Below are positions 39,228-49,500 of a DNA stretch of 64,000 nt, piece after piece; position 1 is the first letter of the stretch; each line of letters starts with the position of its first letter. The notes under the pieces are model-generated. The model did no database searches and was not told the DNA's origin. It saw only the letters and a list, made by a program, of their open reading frames with translations. Made by a program: the position numbers and the translations under genes. The stretch lies in IMG/VR virus record IMGVR_UViG_2563367162_000001, positions 1 to 64,000 of that record; one strand, written 5' to 3'. The DNA comes from a virus. Lineage: Duplodnaviria > Caudoviricetes.

Positions 39228-40776
39228 GGCCCGCAAAGATTTCGTTATACGACCGCATCGCCCCTGACTGTGCCCCCGGATAACCGTCCGGATATGCCGT
39301 TCCCTTATCCTGTCCCCGGCTCCCGCACACATGCTCACACAGGCTCCTGACAGACTCGCCGTTGTAGATGCCCTTGTCAAGACATATCCGCACAGCCTCT
39401 ATCAGGGTACTTTTGTCAAATCCCGGAATGATCCGCAGGATCACTTCCAGATTGTCCTTGTAATAGCGCTCCTTCCTTCTTTTGAGATTCTCCATCCATA
39501 AGGCGACCTCCCGGTTTCCGGACACATAAATAAGGATGCGTTCTGCCAGCTTGCCGGCTCCGGTATTTCTCGGTTTCCTGTGCCCTTCGTCATAGACCGT
39601 CTTTCCTTTCCTGGTGCAGAGCTCGTGCCTGCCCACCAGCTTCCCCGTGCTTTTGCTGTAAAGCTCCACATGCCCGTCAGCCTCCTGAAGCCAGAGCGTC
39701 GTCTCCCCGCTGCGGTAGGTTCCGCACGGAACGCTGTAGTAATTCCCCCGGTATTGCACGGTATTGTCCTTGCGCACATGGTATTCCCTCATCTCCTCCT
39801 GTGGCGGCTTCGGGATGCCATGGTAAGGCGTGAGATACCCCTGTTCCATCGCGAACTCCTCACTCGGGACCAGATGTGTCGTTCCGTGCACCTTTCCGTT
39901 CCCCGTCCTTTCAAGCCACAGGAGGGCCTGCCCGTTCAGCGTGTCCGCATCGTGGTACACGCGGGCCGCCAGAAAGTTCTCCTTCACGTATTTCACGACA
40001 TTCTCGACCTTCCCCTTCGACTCGGGATCGGCCTTGTGGCAGAACACCGGCTGGAAATGCTGCTCCCTGACGAATGCCTGGAACTTTCTGGTCAGTATCA
40101 GGTCGCCCAGGTTCTCCCGCGCTATGAGCACCCTGTCCTGGTCATAGACGATCTTTTCGGGCTTGCCCCCGAAATACGCGAATGCCAGCTCGTGCGCATA
40201 CACCGCCAGCTCCGTGTCGAAGGGCCTGCGGCTGAAATGCACAAACTTGTAGCGTGAACGTGCCAGCACGATGGCGAAAAAATACACCTTCGTGCTTCCG
40301 CCGTTCCGTGCCGGCATCCATTTTTCACCGAAATCCGCCTGGGCGTACTCCCCGTAAGGGGTGTCCGGCAGCTTCTCATAATCACGGCGTATGCGCGCCT
40401 CCGACTTTTTCCCGATTCCGTACTTCAGGCGTACCCTCTCCACAAAATTGAATACGGTCTTGTCACACACAACCGGAAAATCCGGATAACACTCCCTGAG
40501 CCAGTCATGCATCCGGGCGGATGAGATGTACGGGTATTCTTCCAGCATGCCCCGTACGTATTCCTCATACTTTCCCAGTTTCAGCTCGTACTTGCGGTGC
40601 GCACTCTGCTTTCTGACGAACTCTTCCCGGCTCATCTGCAGATACCTCCGTACGGTGCTCCGGTCCACACCCAGATATTTTCCGGTCTGTGTCTTGTTGA
40701 GTCCTTTGGACTGAAGTTCTCTTACCTTGTACCACATATACAGTTTGTCTTTAAAAAATCGGCTCATTGTTTCCAT
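39214..40776 (-). CDS. istA: IS21 transposase
   Basis: N-terminal [24 protein letters not shown]. Confidence 0.93.
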   Translation of the reverse strand: METMSRFFKDKLYMWYKVRELQSKGLNKTQTGKYLGVDRSTVRRYLQMSREEFVRKQSAHRKYELKLGKYEEYVRGMLEEYPYISSARMHDWLRECYPDFPVVCDKTVFNFVERVRLKYGIGKKSEARIRRDYEKLPDTPYGEYAQADFGEKWMPARNGGSTKVYFFAIVLARSRYKFVHFSRRPFDTELAVYAHELAFAYFGGKPEKIVYDQDRVLIARENLGDLILTRKFQAFVREQHFQPVFCHKADPESKGKVENVVKYVKENFLAARVYHDADTLNGQALLWLERTGNGKVHGTTHLVPSEEFAMEQGYLTPYHGIPKPPQEEMREYHVRKDNTVQYRGNYYSVPCGTYRSGETTLWLQEADGHVELYSKSTGKLVGRHELCTRKGKTVYDEGHRKPRNTGAGKLAERILIYVSGNREVALWMENLKRRKERYYKDNLEVILRIIPGFDKSTLIEAVRICLDKGIYNGESVRSLCEHVCGSRGQDKGTAYPDGYPGAQSGAMRSYNEIFAGHDKA

Positions 40777-40937
40777 TACGATGTCGGTTTCTTTGTTGAG
40801 CCGGCAAAGATACGGACATTTTTACAGTGTGGGACAGTGCCGCCGTCTCCCGTGGAGGTGCGACATCGGCCTTTCCATTTTTCCACCGGTAAAGTTACAA
40901 TTCACATGCCTTGCCGGACTTCCCCATGGCCGCAGTA

Positions 40938-41165
40938 TTATGGTACGTTTTCTCTTCCGCCCCTGCCGGCACGGAGAAGTCTTCCGATCCTGATGACGGC
41001 CCTGGATGTCGTGTGGACTGACGTGTCCTTCCAGCGTACATTCCGGAGCGTGTTGTAGCTGGCTCCGACCCGCTGCGCGTCCAGATGGTCATAAATGGCG
41101 GCTATGCTGCCGAAAAAATAATCCTTCTTCTCAAAAATCAGATGTACATAAACCACTTTGTCCAT
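40938..41165 (-). CDS. Hypothetical protein
   Basis: 75 aa; YFFGSIAAIY motif common in Bacteroides mobile elements. Confidence 0.6.
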   Translation of the reverse strand: MDKVVYVHLIFEKKDYFFGSIAAIYDHLDAQRVGASYNTLRNVRWKDTSVHTTSRAVIRIGRLLRAGRGGRENVP

Positions 41166-41432
41166 ATTTCATTGTTCTTTTTTACAAATATATGCATATA
41201 TATGGTATATGCATATATTCTTATCCTGTTCATGCAAATAATAAGTATATGCATTTTTTCAAACGAATCTCTTATATTATACTTATAAAGTAACTTACTT
41301 AAATATACATAAAAGTATTTCTCGCATTCAAGTACCATACAGAGTCTTCCCCGTCACCCATAGGAACAAAAAAATCCCCATTCCCTTGAAAGGAGAATGG
41401 GGACACGGTAATAATAAAGGAGATGCCATCCG

Positions 41433-41690
41433 TTATATTTCCTTGGCATATCCAGTCCGGATGAGATCGGAAAGGAAATGTTCCGGAGTATCGGTGGCAA
41501 TCCTCACCCCGGCCTCTATCACATAACGTTCGGCAAAATTGCACATGTACTGTTCGTCTGTACAGTCGGAATCCATCCAGCTGCCCGTGCGGAGCTCATG
41601 CACAAACTCTTTGGCGTCACCGGCGACGATACGCTCGTCGCCCGGTAACATATATGTCTTCTTGTTCACATTATTCATACTGTCGTTCAT
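41433..41690 (-). CDS. Hypothetical protein coupled to the amidoligase
   Basis: ATG overlaps the amidoligase stop. Confidence 0.6.
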   Translation of the reverse strand: MNDSMNNVNKKTYMLPGDERIVAGDAKEFVHELRTGSWMDSDCTDEQYMCNFAERYVIEAGVRIATDTPEHFLSDLIRTGYAKEI

Positions 41691-42628
41691 ATTGCTAATT
41701 TTTTTGTTCTTAATTTGTAATACAACTTTTGTTTCTCTCCCAGGAAAGGAAAATTTTCCAGTCTGATTCCTGCAGGCAGAGAACCCACGGATGCAAAGGT
41801 AATCATTCTGTCGAGAAAACACACCCAATTTTCAATTTTTGTAAAACTGATGGTTCCCGAATGCTGTCTGAACTCCACCGTCCTGTGGCGTGAATAGGCT
41901 TGAAGGTTCACTTTCATATACCTGTTTGGAAACAGGCTCTGAAGCTCCCTGATATTCCGTGCCGAGCGTATCCGCTCATCGGGGAAGCGTGTGAGGGAGG
42001 CGCAGTAGGTGTTCGCGCTGCCCCTGCGTGAGGCTGGCATGAACCTGTCTATTTCCGCTTCGGCATGCTTGTAGGAAAGCAGCAGGTTCCGCCATGTGGT
42101 GATGTTGAAGTCCTCCGCATTCATGTGCACGTGCAATCCGCAGCTTCCATTAATCTTGACATTGCAGGAGTCCAGCACCCAGCAGACTCTCTCCAGTTCC
42201 TCCAGTCCGTCCTCTCCCTCCAGTATGGGACTTACGAGCTCGAATGTGTCATTCCCGTTCAGGCTGCTGTCCGTTACCAGTTTCCAGTGCGGACGGAGGT
42301 CATGGTTGTAGCTTTCCGAGGCCACCTGGATTCCCGCTTCCGCCAACTCGCGTACGAGCCGCTGGCATGTACAGTTATAGGCTTCTATCTCAACACCGAA
42401 CCTTCTTCTGAAAGAATAATCAGGTTCGGGTGTGGCGATGGTGGTTCCTGCGGATGCGATCAGCCCCTCGTCCCTCATTCTCTTGTAGACGTTCCATACA
42501 AACCCGCGGTTTCCACGGGTCACAAGGTCGGCGATCTCACGGTGGGTGAATCCGAGCAGAAGAAGTTTCCGTATCTTCGAAGTCTTTGTGCCGTTTTCCG
42601 CCAAAATGTTTCTAACTTGTTCATTCAT
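41687..42628 (-). CDS. Putative amidoligase (COOH-NH2 ligase) family protein
   Basis: FGVEIE, DSSL, ELVSPIL, SCGLHVH, TVEFRQH. Confidence 0.85.
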   Translation of the reverse strand: MNEQVRNILAENGTKTSKIRKLLLLGFTHREIADLVTRGNRGFVWNVYKRMRDEGLIASAGTTIATPEPDYSFRRRFGVEIEAYNCTCQRLVRELAEAGIQVASESYNHDLRPHWKLVTDSSLNGNDTFELVSPILEGEDGLEELERVCWVLDSCNVKINGSCGLHVHMNAEDFNITTWRNLLLSYKHAEAEIDRFMPASRRGSANTYCASLTRFPDERIRSARNIRELQSLFPNRYMKVNLQAYSRHRTVEFRQHSGTISFTKIENWVCFLDRMITFASVGSLPAGIRLENFPFLGEKQKLYYKLRTKKLAI

Positions 42629-43245
42629 AAAATGTTATCTCCTTTATTATTATATTTCAAAGGTAACGATTTTTCTTCACTTGTCCAAATATCAGCACGC
42701 TCTTTATCAGCATGTTAGCTTACTTTTGCTTCTGCTAAAAGTTGTATCCGTATGCCTCATGTTCCGGATTTTACTCCTTTTCATGGGGGATTTTACGTGG
42801 AGTCCGCAGTTTTCCACATCCGCACATGTCCTTTCTTTTCATAGGGGGAACCTCCGGGATGCGCTGTCCCTTTGCCGGAATATCCGGACCCTCGCCGCCC
42901 GTGGAGCTAAGGGGGGCTTCCCCCCCTTAGTGAATTCCTGATAAGGAAGAGCAAGAGGAGTTCCCGCACCCGGGAACATAAATCGACGCAAAGCGTTGAT
43001 AATCACATATATAAATGTATATGACGTTACATACCACGCATACATTTGTATGCACATTCTATTCTTTATGGCTGAAAAACAGCCGGATAGGCTGTAAGCA
43101 TGTGTGTATGCTGCCGCGGCATTTTGCTAATTTTCAACAAGTTATATTATTTTATGCCCCTCACGTGGTGTTACGCTTTGTTCGTGTTTTTTTCTTAACT
43201 AACTTCGCCACCGCATTTTAAGCAGCTTACAAAAACATATACAGG

Positions 43246-43788
43246 ATGAAAGAACACTCTGTCAAAATGGTCAGACTGACTCCCAGCGTGAAGGCCAGAC
43301 TGGATGTCTTCAAAGGGAGTGACACGACCAGTGTCTGTGTGGACCGGATGATCAGTTTTTTTGAAATAACCGGCTTCAATCCACGCTATGCTTCCAAGAA
43401 CCCGACGGCACTGCTGGAAAAGAGAATGGAGGACCTTATCAGGATAGTCAAGTCCCAGGAACGGGATATATTCAAGCCCCTCCTTGAGAGGACTGCCGGC
43501 TCGGCCGGCAGTATTCGGGACTCCCCGGACTATGCCAGGATGATGAACGAGATGCGCGACCTGCAGGAAAAGAACAGGCAGCTCAGGCAGCAGGTCGCGG
43601 ACCTCGGACAGGCTCCCGCCATGGATGTGGAGAAGGAACGGGACAAGCTCCGCAGGCTGGCCGACCTGGTGAAATACCAGCTTGATCCGGAGAAGTTTCC
43701 CCGGGTGAAGTTCAGTGACGAGGTGAAGGTTCCCGTCTCCACCCTCCAGCTGCTCATCAAGAGGATCAATGAGGAATATGTACTGTAA
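43246..43788 (+). CDS. BfmA/BtgA-like mobilization protein
   Basis: MISFFE..GFNP, IVKSQERDI motifs; coupled to the relaxase-like gene. Confidence 0.7.
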   Translation: MKEHSVKMVRLTPSVKARLDVFKGSDTTSVCVDRMISFFEITGFNPRYASKNPTALLEKRMEDLIRIVKSQERDIFKPLLERTAGSAGSIRDSPDYARMMNEMRDLQEKNRQLRQQVADLGQAPAMDVEKERDKLRRLADLVKYQLDPEKFPRVKFSDEVKVPVSTLQLLIKRINEEYVL

Positions 43789-44728
43789 GACGCACCGTCC
43801 GGTGAACACCCCGGGGGTGTCTGACAACAAGGGAAAGTGTGTCCAGCTGGTGGAATATCTCAGCAAGGAATCGCAGGACGAGCGTCCCTATTATGATAAT
43901 TTTTTCTCACAAAAAGAGGATTTCGTCACCCCGCAGACTGTCAGGCTCCATATAGACAACAACCACAGGACTCTGAAAAGGAGGGATGACAAGTTCTACA
44001 TGCTCTCCGTCAATCCGTCCGGTGAGGAACAGGCACATCTGATAGAGAGGGTGACGGGTAGGAAGGTCGGGGAGTTCTCCGAACTCTCCCCCCGTGAGCA
44101 GGAGGACGTGCTGGCGGAGATGAAAAGGTTCGCCAGGGATTGTATGGATGAGTACGCCCGGAATTTTTATCGTGAGAGGATCACCTCGGGCGCCGATCTG
44201 GTATGGTACGGGCGCGTGGAAACGGAACGGCATTACAAGAATGACGATCCCGATGTCAGGGAAGGAAAGGCGAAGGCCGGTGACAGGAAGCCGGGATTGC
44301 AGCTGCATGTGCATGTCGTGGTCTCCCGCATGGACAGGACACAGACCATATCCCTTTCCCCGCTTTCCAAGAGCAGGGGCAACCGGCAGATACTTGACGG
44401 GCAGGAGGTACTGGTAGGCTTCGACAGGTCGCAATGGTCCGCCCGGTGCGCCTCGCGGTTCAACCAGCGGTATGACTACTTTCCTTATTGCCGGTCGGAC
44501 AACAGGGAGCTGAGGGAATATTCCGAGAACTGGAGGATAAGAAACGAGATGCGGAACGAGGCGGTGTCAAAAATCAAACAGGAGCTCCTGCATGGGGAGC
44601 TCCGGGAGGAAAGGCGGATGTACATGGGTGTCTGCCGCCTTTACCGGTTTGTGGTGAATCCCCGGAAAGCGATCATCCGGGAGCTGGAAAGACTGGGAAC
44701 GGACCTTCTTACCGGAAAGGGAAGATGA
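43769..44728 (+). CDS. Relaxase-like mobilization protein (DUF5712/MobB-like)
   Basis: LVEYLSKE, KFYMLSVNPS, KPGLQLHVHVVVSR (HUH motif). Confidence 0.8.
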   Translation: MRNMYCKTHRPVNTPGVSDNKGKCVQLVEYLSKESQDERPYYDNFFSQKEDFVTPQTVRLHIDNNHRTLKRRDDKFYMLSVNPSGEEQAHLIERVTGRKVGEFSELSPREQEDVLAEMKRFARDCMDEYARNFYRERITSGADLVWYGRVETERHYKNDDPDVREGKAKAGDRKPGLQLHVHVVVSRMDRTQTISLSPLSKSRGNRQILDGQEVLVGFDRSQWSARCASRFNQRYDYFPYCRSDNRELREYSENWRIRNEMRNEAVSKIKQELLHGELREERRMYMGVCRLYRFVVNPRKAIIRELERLGTDLLTGKGR

Positions 44729-44739
44729 CCGTCCGCCGG

Positions 44740-46344
44740 TCATTCACACGGGAACAGACTGCGTACCTCTTCAAGTATCCGCGCGAAGTTCCTGCTGACC
44801 TCCCCCGGCTCAAGGACCCTGACATCCGGCAGTGCTGTTTCCCGGCTGTCATCATACATGGCAAGTCTCACCCTGAAGTATCCGGCATTGGCGCGGGTGG
44901 CCGAACCGATGAACTCTCCCGGCTCCAGGTCGGTAAAGTCCTTTCCCTGGTAGATGTCCTCCTTTTGGGAGGACACCGTCACGCTCCGGTTCATGCTCCC
45001 CCCGCTTTTCCCCGTACTCCGGGATTTTCTCTCCTTCTCCTCCTTTCCGAAGATCAGCGGGTAATACTTCAGGGCTTCCACATCCTTCGTGCGCCCGAAG
45101 AACTGGTTCCCGAAATTGGCTTCCACGGATGACCTGTCAAGCTTCCCGTACAGGTTCTCCAGTTTGGATCCCGACTGTGTGAGCAGGACAAAGGCGGCCT
45201 TGTACTCACGCAGGACCGACGGCAGTGTCTCGAAGTTCCTTATGTTGACCGTCGTCATCTCGTCCAGGAAATAGACGAAGGGCACCTTGTTCTGCATGGT
45301 GAACTGCCGGGAGGATATGCTCATTAGCATGCCTATCACCGGGGCGTAGACCGAATTCTTGGAGAAGTTGTTGCTGACGGCGAACATTTTCGGCTCCTGC
45401 GGGTCAATCAGGTTGAAATCGAAGTCGTCCCCCGAGAGGATGTATGCGATCTCCTCGTTCTGGGAGATGGTGGCCAGGTTGTTGCATAGTGTGGAGAGGT
45501 AGGAGGCCTGCGTCTTCTCGGATCCTTCCGCCTTCAGGTATGCGCCGGCCAGCATTTCCGACACGAGATTCTGCTGCAGGAACATGGAGAGCTGCCGGGT
45601 GGACGCGGTCATGATGAAGGCCATGATATGCGGCAGCGTGCAGAATTCCGGAAACTCATCCCAGAAACGGAAGGCCACCCCGCGCAGGATTCCCAGACCT
45701 CCGGACACCCATTCGTTCTGCTGCTCCTTCTTGGGGAGGAGCGCGAGCAGGATGTCCTCCATCAGCTGGATCAGCTCGGTACGGTCCCTCACCACCTTGA
45801 GGGGGTTGAAGCGGTACGAGCGTTCCGGCTTGTCGAAACTGACATAATACAGCTTGTGGGGATAGCCGTGCTTTTTGATCAGATTATAGGCCGTCTGTGT
45901 ATAGTCCGTGTCCTTGAAGTCATAGATGAACCCGGCGAATCCGAGTCTGACATATTCCTCCAGCAGCCATTTGCCTATGCTTTTTGTCTTTCCGGAACCG
46001 GCGCCGCCATATACGAGGAAGTTTGCGAAATGGTAATGGAATTCCAGGTGGGTGTGCGGAATCCCCGAGATCACCGGCAGCCGGACCGGTTTTCCGCCCC
46101 CTCCTTTTACTGCGGCCCCGGCATGCTCCCATATCCACAGAAAGGCTGCCACGGCCAGTGAGACGGCGGCGGGAAAGAACATGTACCGGGGAAAGAACAG
46201 GCGTGCCAGAAAGGTTTCCGCCGCCATGCAGCCGAGAAATACGGGCAGGTTTACGTACCATTTCCGGCTCAGTGTCGAAACCCCTGTCATCAGGGAGACT
46301 ATGGCCAGAAGAACCAGCTTGATGTAAATGATGTAATGTTCCAT
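44740..46344 (-). CDS. Type IV coupling protein (VirD4/TraG-like)
   Basis: N-terminal TMs, GGAGSGKT, IYDFK, FLDE, LLTQS. Confidence 0.85.
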   Translation of the reverse strand: MEHYIIYIKLVLLAIVSLMTGVSTLSRKWYVNLPVFLGCMAAETFLARLFFPRYMFFPAAVSLAVAAFLWIWEHAGAAVKGGGGKPVRLPVISGIPHTHLEFHYHFANFLVYGGAGSGKTKSIGKWLLEEYVRLGFAGFIYDFKDTDYTQTAYNLIKKHGYPHKLYYVSFDKPERSYRFNPLKVVRDRTELIQLMEDILLALLPKKEQQNEWVSGGLGILRGVAFRFWDEFPEFCTLPHIMAFIMTASTRQLSMFLQQNLVSEMLAGAYLKAEGSEKTQASYLSTLCNNLATISQNEEIAYILSGDDFDFNLIDPQEPKMFAVSNNFSKNSVYAPVIGMLMSISSRQFTMQNKVPFVYFLDEMTTVNIRNFETLPSVLREYKAAFVLLTQSGSKLENLYGKLDRSSVEANFGNQFFGRTKDVEALKYYPLIFGKEEKERKSRSTGKSGGSMNRSVTVSSQKEDIYQGKDFTDLEPGEFIGSATRANAGYFRVRLAMYDDSRETALPDVRVLEPGEVSRNFARILEEVRSLFPCE

Positions 46345-46361
46345 TGTGATGATTTGCTTGA

Positions 46362-46739
46362 TTACTTGATTCTGTTCTTTACTTTTTTAAGTATGACAAG
46401 AGATATGCTTCTTGTTCCGGGCTGCAACGTCACAGGGTGCGGCTCACCTTTCCGGCCGGACGGGGTTCCGGCCATGACAAACATTTTGTCACAGCCGGGA
46501 AGGACGGTAGGGCATCCCCGGAGCAGGGAGATCCATCTGGCCGGGGAGATTCCCCTCACCCTCACACCGGCATGGCGGAGCGCATCCAGCACCGGCTCCA
46601 TATCATATGACACGCCGGCCACATGCAGGGTGGTCCTTTCCCCGCAGAACCGGAGCTCCCTGCCCGCCCAGGAGAAGGAACGGAGTCCGGCGGCTTCCTC
46701 CCGGCGGACGGTCTTGTCGAAAGGGTCATTCATGTCCAT
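46362..46739 (-). CDS. Hypothetical protein consisting of the shared C-terminal domain
   Basis: DM..VL..LR.AGV....I....W..LL.G pattern also at the ends of the two upstream proteins. Confidence 0.6.
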   Translation of the reverse strand: MDMNDPFDKTVRREEAAGLRSFSWAGRELRFCGERTTLHVAGVSYDMEPVLDALRHAGVRVRGISPARWISLLRGCPTVLPGCDKMFVMAGTPSGRKGEPHPVTLQPGTRSISLVILKKVKNRIK

Positions 46740-46743
46740 AGGC

Positions 46744-49365
46744 TTATATTTCCATTTCCGCCGTCTTCAGACTGCGGGCGTCCATGCCGGATATTCTTAT
46801 CCCGTATCCCGCCGGCTCCTTCACGGCCATAAGTGTCCGCCCGTCCGGCAGCATCATGCCTTTTCCACTGAAGACGGCCTTCCACCCGTCTCCGTCCAGG
46901 GAGGCCGGCTCGACTCCCGCCTCCCTCATGCGCACCAGCAGGGAGGTCACGTCCGTCCCGCCGCCTTTCTCCCTGAGAAGCGCACGGGCGTACCCGGGTG
47001 AGAGCTCGAGCCCGCCCTTTGCCGTGAGGATACTTTCCGGAACCGCGACAGCGGCCGTTCTCCCGAGATTCGCGCCGCTGGCCGCCAGCATGCTCCTGAG
47101 CTCCCTTCCGTCGATATCGACAGTGAAGCCCAGGTTCCGCAGAAGTTTCCGGAAGGCGTTCGAGATCCTGTCCCACAGGGAAAGGTCCGTTCCGTCTTCG
47201 GCCATACGCGCCAGATATTCCTCCGTGGCTGTGCGTATGTCCATTCCCGTACCGGCCAGCCGGTCGATCCCGTCCCTTGTCCTCCCGTCGCACCCGGCGT
47301 AGACGTCATCCAGAAACGTGTCCATGTGTCCGTCGCCCGCCAGTTTCCGCAGGCCGTAATGGGCGATCCCCTCATGCAGCAGCGTGCGCTCGATGTCCTC
47401 CTTCCCCCTGGCGGCGGGAAGATACAGGCAGACATGGTCCGAGGTGATATCATACCAGCCCCTTATGTCCTTTCCTCCCAGGATCCTGTCACGTATCCCG
47501 GGAGAGCCGACCTCGTTGATTGAACGGATGACCCTGACGGGTATGTGCCGCTTTTCCGCCAGGGATGAAGCATATTCGGAGAGGGCGGCCATCCGGTCAT
47601 CCCCTGAAAGGGAGAAATCTCCCCCGTGTGCCACCTCCCGGCTGCCGGCCAGACGGAACCGCACGCCTTTGACATCGCATGCCCTCTTCAACGCCCCGTT
47701 TCTGGAATCCCTGTCCCCCTCATTGTAAGTGAATACTTTCAGGCCCGCCTTGTCCATGGCGCCGGTTATCCTCGGGGACGTCCCTTCAGGAACCACGGCC
47801 GCCGCAAACTCCTCCAGATAGACGGGACGTTCAAACTTGGTCTCAAAATACATGGCGGGATATTCATTACGTATCGCCCCGATCATCTCCCGCAGTCTGG
47901 CAACATCGGTGTCGGAGAAGTCGATTCCGTATTCCTCCTTCACGTACTTTTTCGGGTTCCCGCTCTTCGCCGCCTCCATGAGCCTCGCCAGCCCGTAATC
48001 GTCATAGCCGGTGGCACCCGGCTGCAGCTTCATGCCCAGGTCGAAGAACACGTCGGACCATTTGTCCCTGAAGGCGTCCACGTCCTCCTGGCTTGTTGTC
48101 AGCTTGCCTTTCTCCCGGCGTATGCCGTCCAGCGAGCCGTGCGCTTTCAGCATGCCGGCGGCAAAATTGCTGAAGGACACGCCCAGTCCCGTGGCGGCGT
48201 TCCTTCCCAGCCTGGTCATGAACCGGGACGCGTTCTCAAGGGTGTTGGGAATGTATTTCCTCATTCCGGAAGGGGTGAAGCCGTCAAAGATGACCTCCTT
48301 CACCTCATAGCGCTCGTTGAGACCGTCAAGCCAGCGGTCAAAATCCTTTTTCAACCCGTTCATTTCGATATATTCCCGGGCTTTGAGCGTGGTGCCCGCG
48401 TCATCCGCGCAGCCGGCATGCGCGGCATCATTCAAGACGTTCTCCGTAAAATCGGCAAGCTCCCTGTAGTCATATCCCGTTTCACGTAACGCGTCCAGCC
48501 TCTCCCTGGCACGTCTTACGACCAGCGAGTCCGGATTGGCCCGGGAACTGATCTTCTCCTCCAGGCGGATCATCTTCCCCTGAAGCTCTTTCCCGTATGC
48601 CGTCCTGTCCCCGGAAAAGTTCTCACGGATATAAAGCCCCAGCAGCTCCGACCGTTTCCCGGCACTGACGTCATACAGGGCGGAGTTGTCCCCCATGATA
48701 TCCCTTACCGCATTGTGGAGCGATTCCGGATACCTGGCCTCCCGGCGCACCAGCCCGGGCGCTTTTCCCTGTTCATGCAGATACAGGTATGCCAGCCGGT
48801 CGGCGGAACGCCCGTCCATCCATGAGTTGATGCCCCGTCTTGTCTCGTTCCGCATTTCTTCGGGTACGGACATGATGTCACCGGACGCCCTGTCACCGCC
48901 CGTGCCCCCGAACTGTCTCTCTATCTGAGGGTAGACGGGAGTCCATGCGTCCTGGCTCCATGTTCCGGCATTGCGTCCGCTATGCCTGTCTATCATGGAG
49001 GCGGGCAGTACCAGTGAGATCTCCCCGTATCCCTCGTGGGTCTGTCTGCTGATATCGATCACCGCCGCGCTCGGGTTGGCGAATCCGCCCAGCCTCAGGG
49101 CTTTTAAAAGACGCTCCTCGCTGATGTTGTGCAGTCCTACCAGGGATTTCTCCCCACCGCTTTCCCCGGCCTCGCGGAAAAGTATGTCACCGGTCTCTTC
49201 CCGGACCAGCTCCACCACTTTCTCCCGGGCGGCCTCCAGAACGGGGGTGTCCCCGGTCCGGACGGTTTCCGTTCCCGCACTCTTGTGACCGGCGGAAGGC
49301 TCCGTCCTATAGAAAGGGAAAAGACCAGTTTCCCCCTCCATGAAATATTTGTCAGAAATGTTCAT
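46744..49365 (-). CDS. Large polyvalent-type protein with zincin-like metallopeptidase motif
   Basis: LVGLHNI..GG.ANPS.AV domain; TLLHEGIAHYGLR..TEEYLA. Confidence 0.65.
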   Translation of the reverse strand: MNISDKYFMEGETGLFPFYRTEPSAGHKSAGTETVRTGDTPVLEAAREKVVELVREETGDILFREAGESGGEKSLVGLHNISEERLLKALRLGGFANPSAAVIDISRQTHEGYGEISLVLPASMIDRHSGRNAGTWSQDAWTPVYPQIERQFGGTGGDRASGDIMSVPEEMRNETRRGINSWMDGRSADRLAYLYLHEQGKAPGLVRREARYPESLHNAVRDIMGDNSALYDVSAGKRSELLGLYIRENFSGDRTAYGKELQGKMIRLEEKISSRANPDSLVVRRARERLDALRETGYDYRELADFTENVLNDAAHAGCADDAGTTLKAREYIEMNGLKKDFDRWLDGLNERYEVKEVIFDGFTPSGMRKYIPNTLENASRFMTRLGRNAATGLGVSFSNFAAGMLKAHGSLDGIRREKGKLTTSQEDVDAFRDKWSDVFFDLGMKLQPGATGYDDYGLARLMEAAKSGNPKKYVKEEYGIDFSDTDVARLREMIGAIRNEYPAMYFETKFERPVYLEEFAAAVVPEGTSPRITGAMDKAGLKVFTYNEGDRDSRNGALKRACDVKGVRFRLAGSREVAHGGDFSLSGDDRMAALSEYASSLAEKRHIPVRVIRSINEVGSPGIRDRILGGKDIRGWYDITSDHVCLYLPAARGKEDIERTLLHEGIAHYGLRKLAGDGHMDTFLDDVYAGCDGRTRDGIDRLAGTGMDIRTATEEYLARMAEDGTDLSLWDRISNAFRKLLRNLGFTVDIDGRELRSMLAASGANLGRTAAVAVPESILTAKGGLELSPGYARALLREKGGGTDVTSLLVRMREAGVEPASLDGDGWKAVFSGKGMMLPDGRTLMAVKEPAGYGIRISGMDARSLKTAEMEI

Positions 49366-49500
49366 ATGCCTTTTGAATTTATAATCGGGTTATGTCATTG
49401 GTTTGCAACCTGCCGGAAATGTCATTAAAGAGATATTACTTGTTTACTTGAAAAATAAGTCAAGCAAACAAGTAATATTCATGTAATGCACATTTTACTT

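Larger units (their letters stand above)
38365..40906 (-). mobile_element. IS21-family insertion sequence
   Basis: istA-istB pair; TG..CA ends with imperfect IR (TGTACCTTGCAAATTT / TGTGAATTGTAACTTT); ends approximate. Confidence 0.85.
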
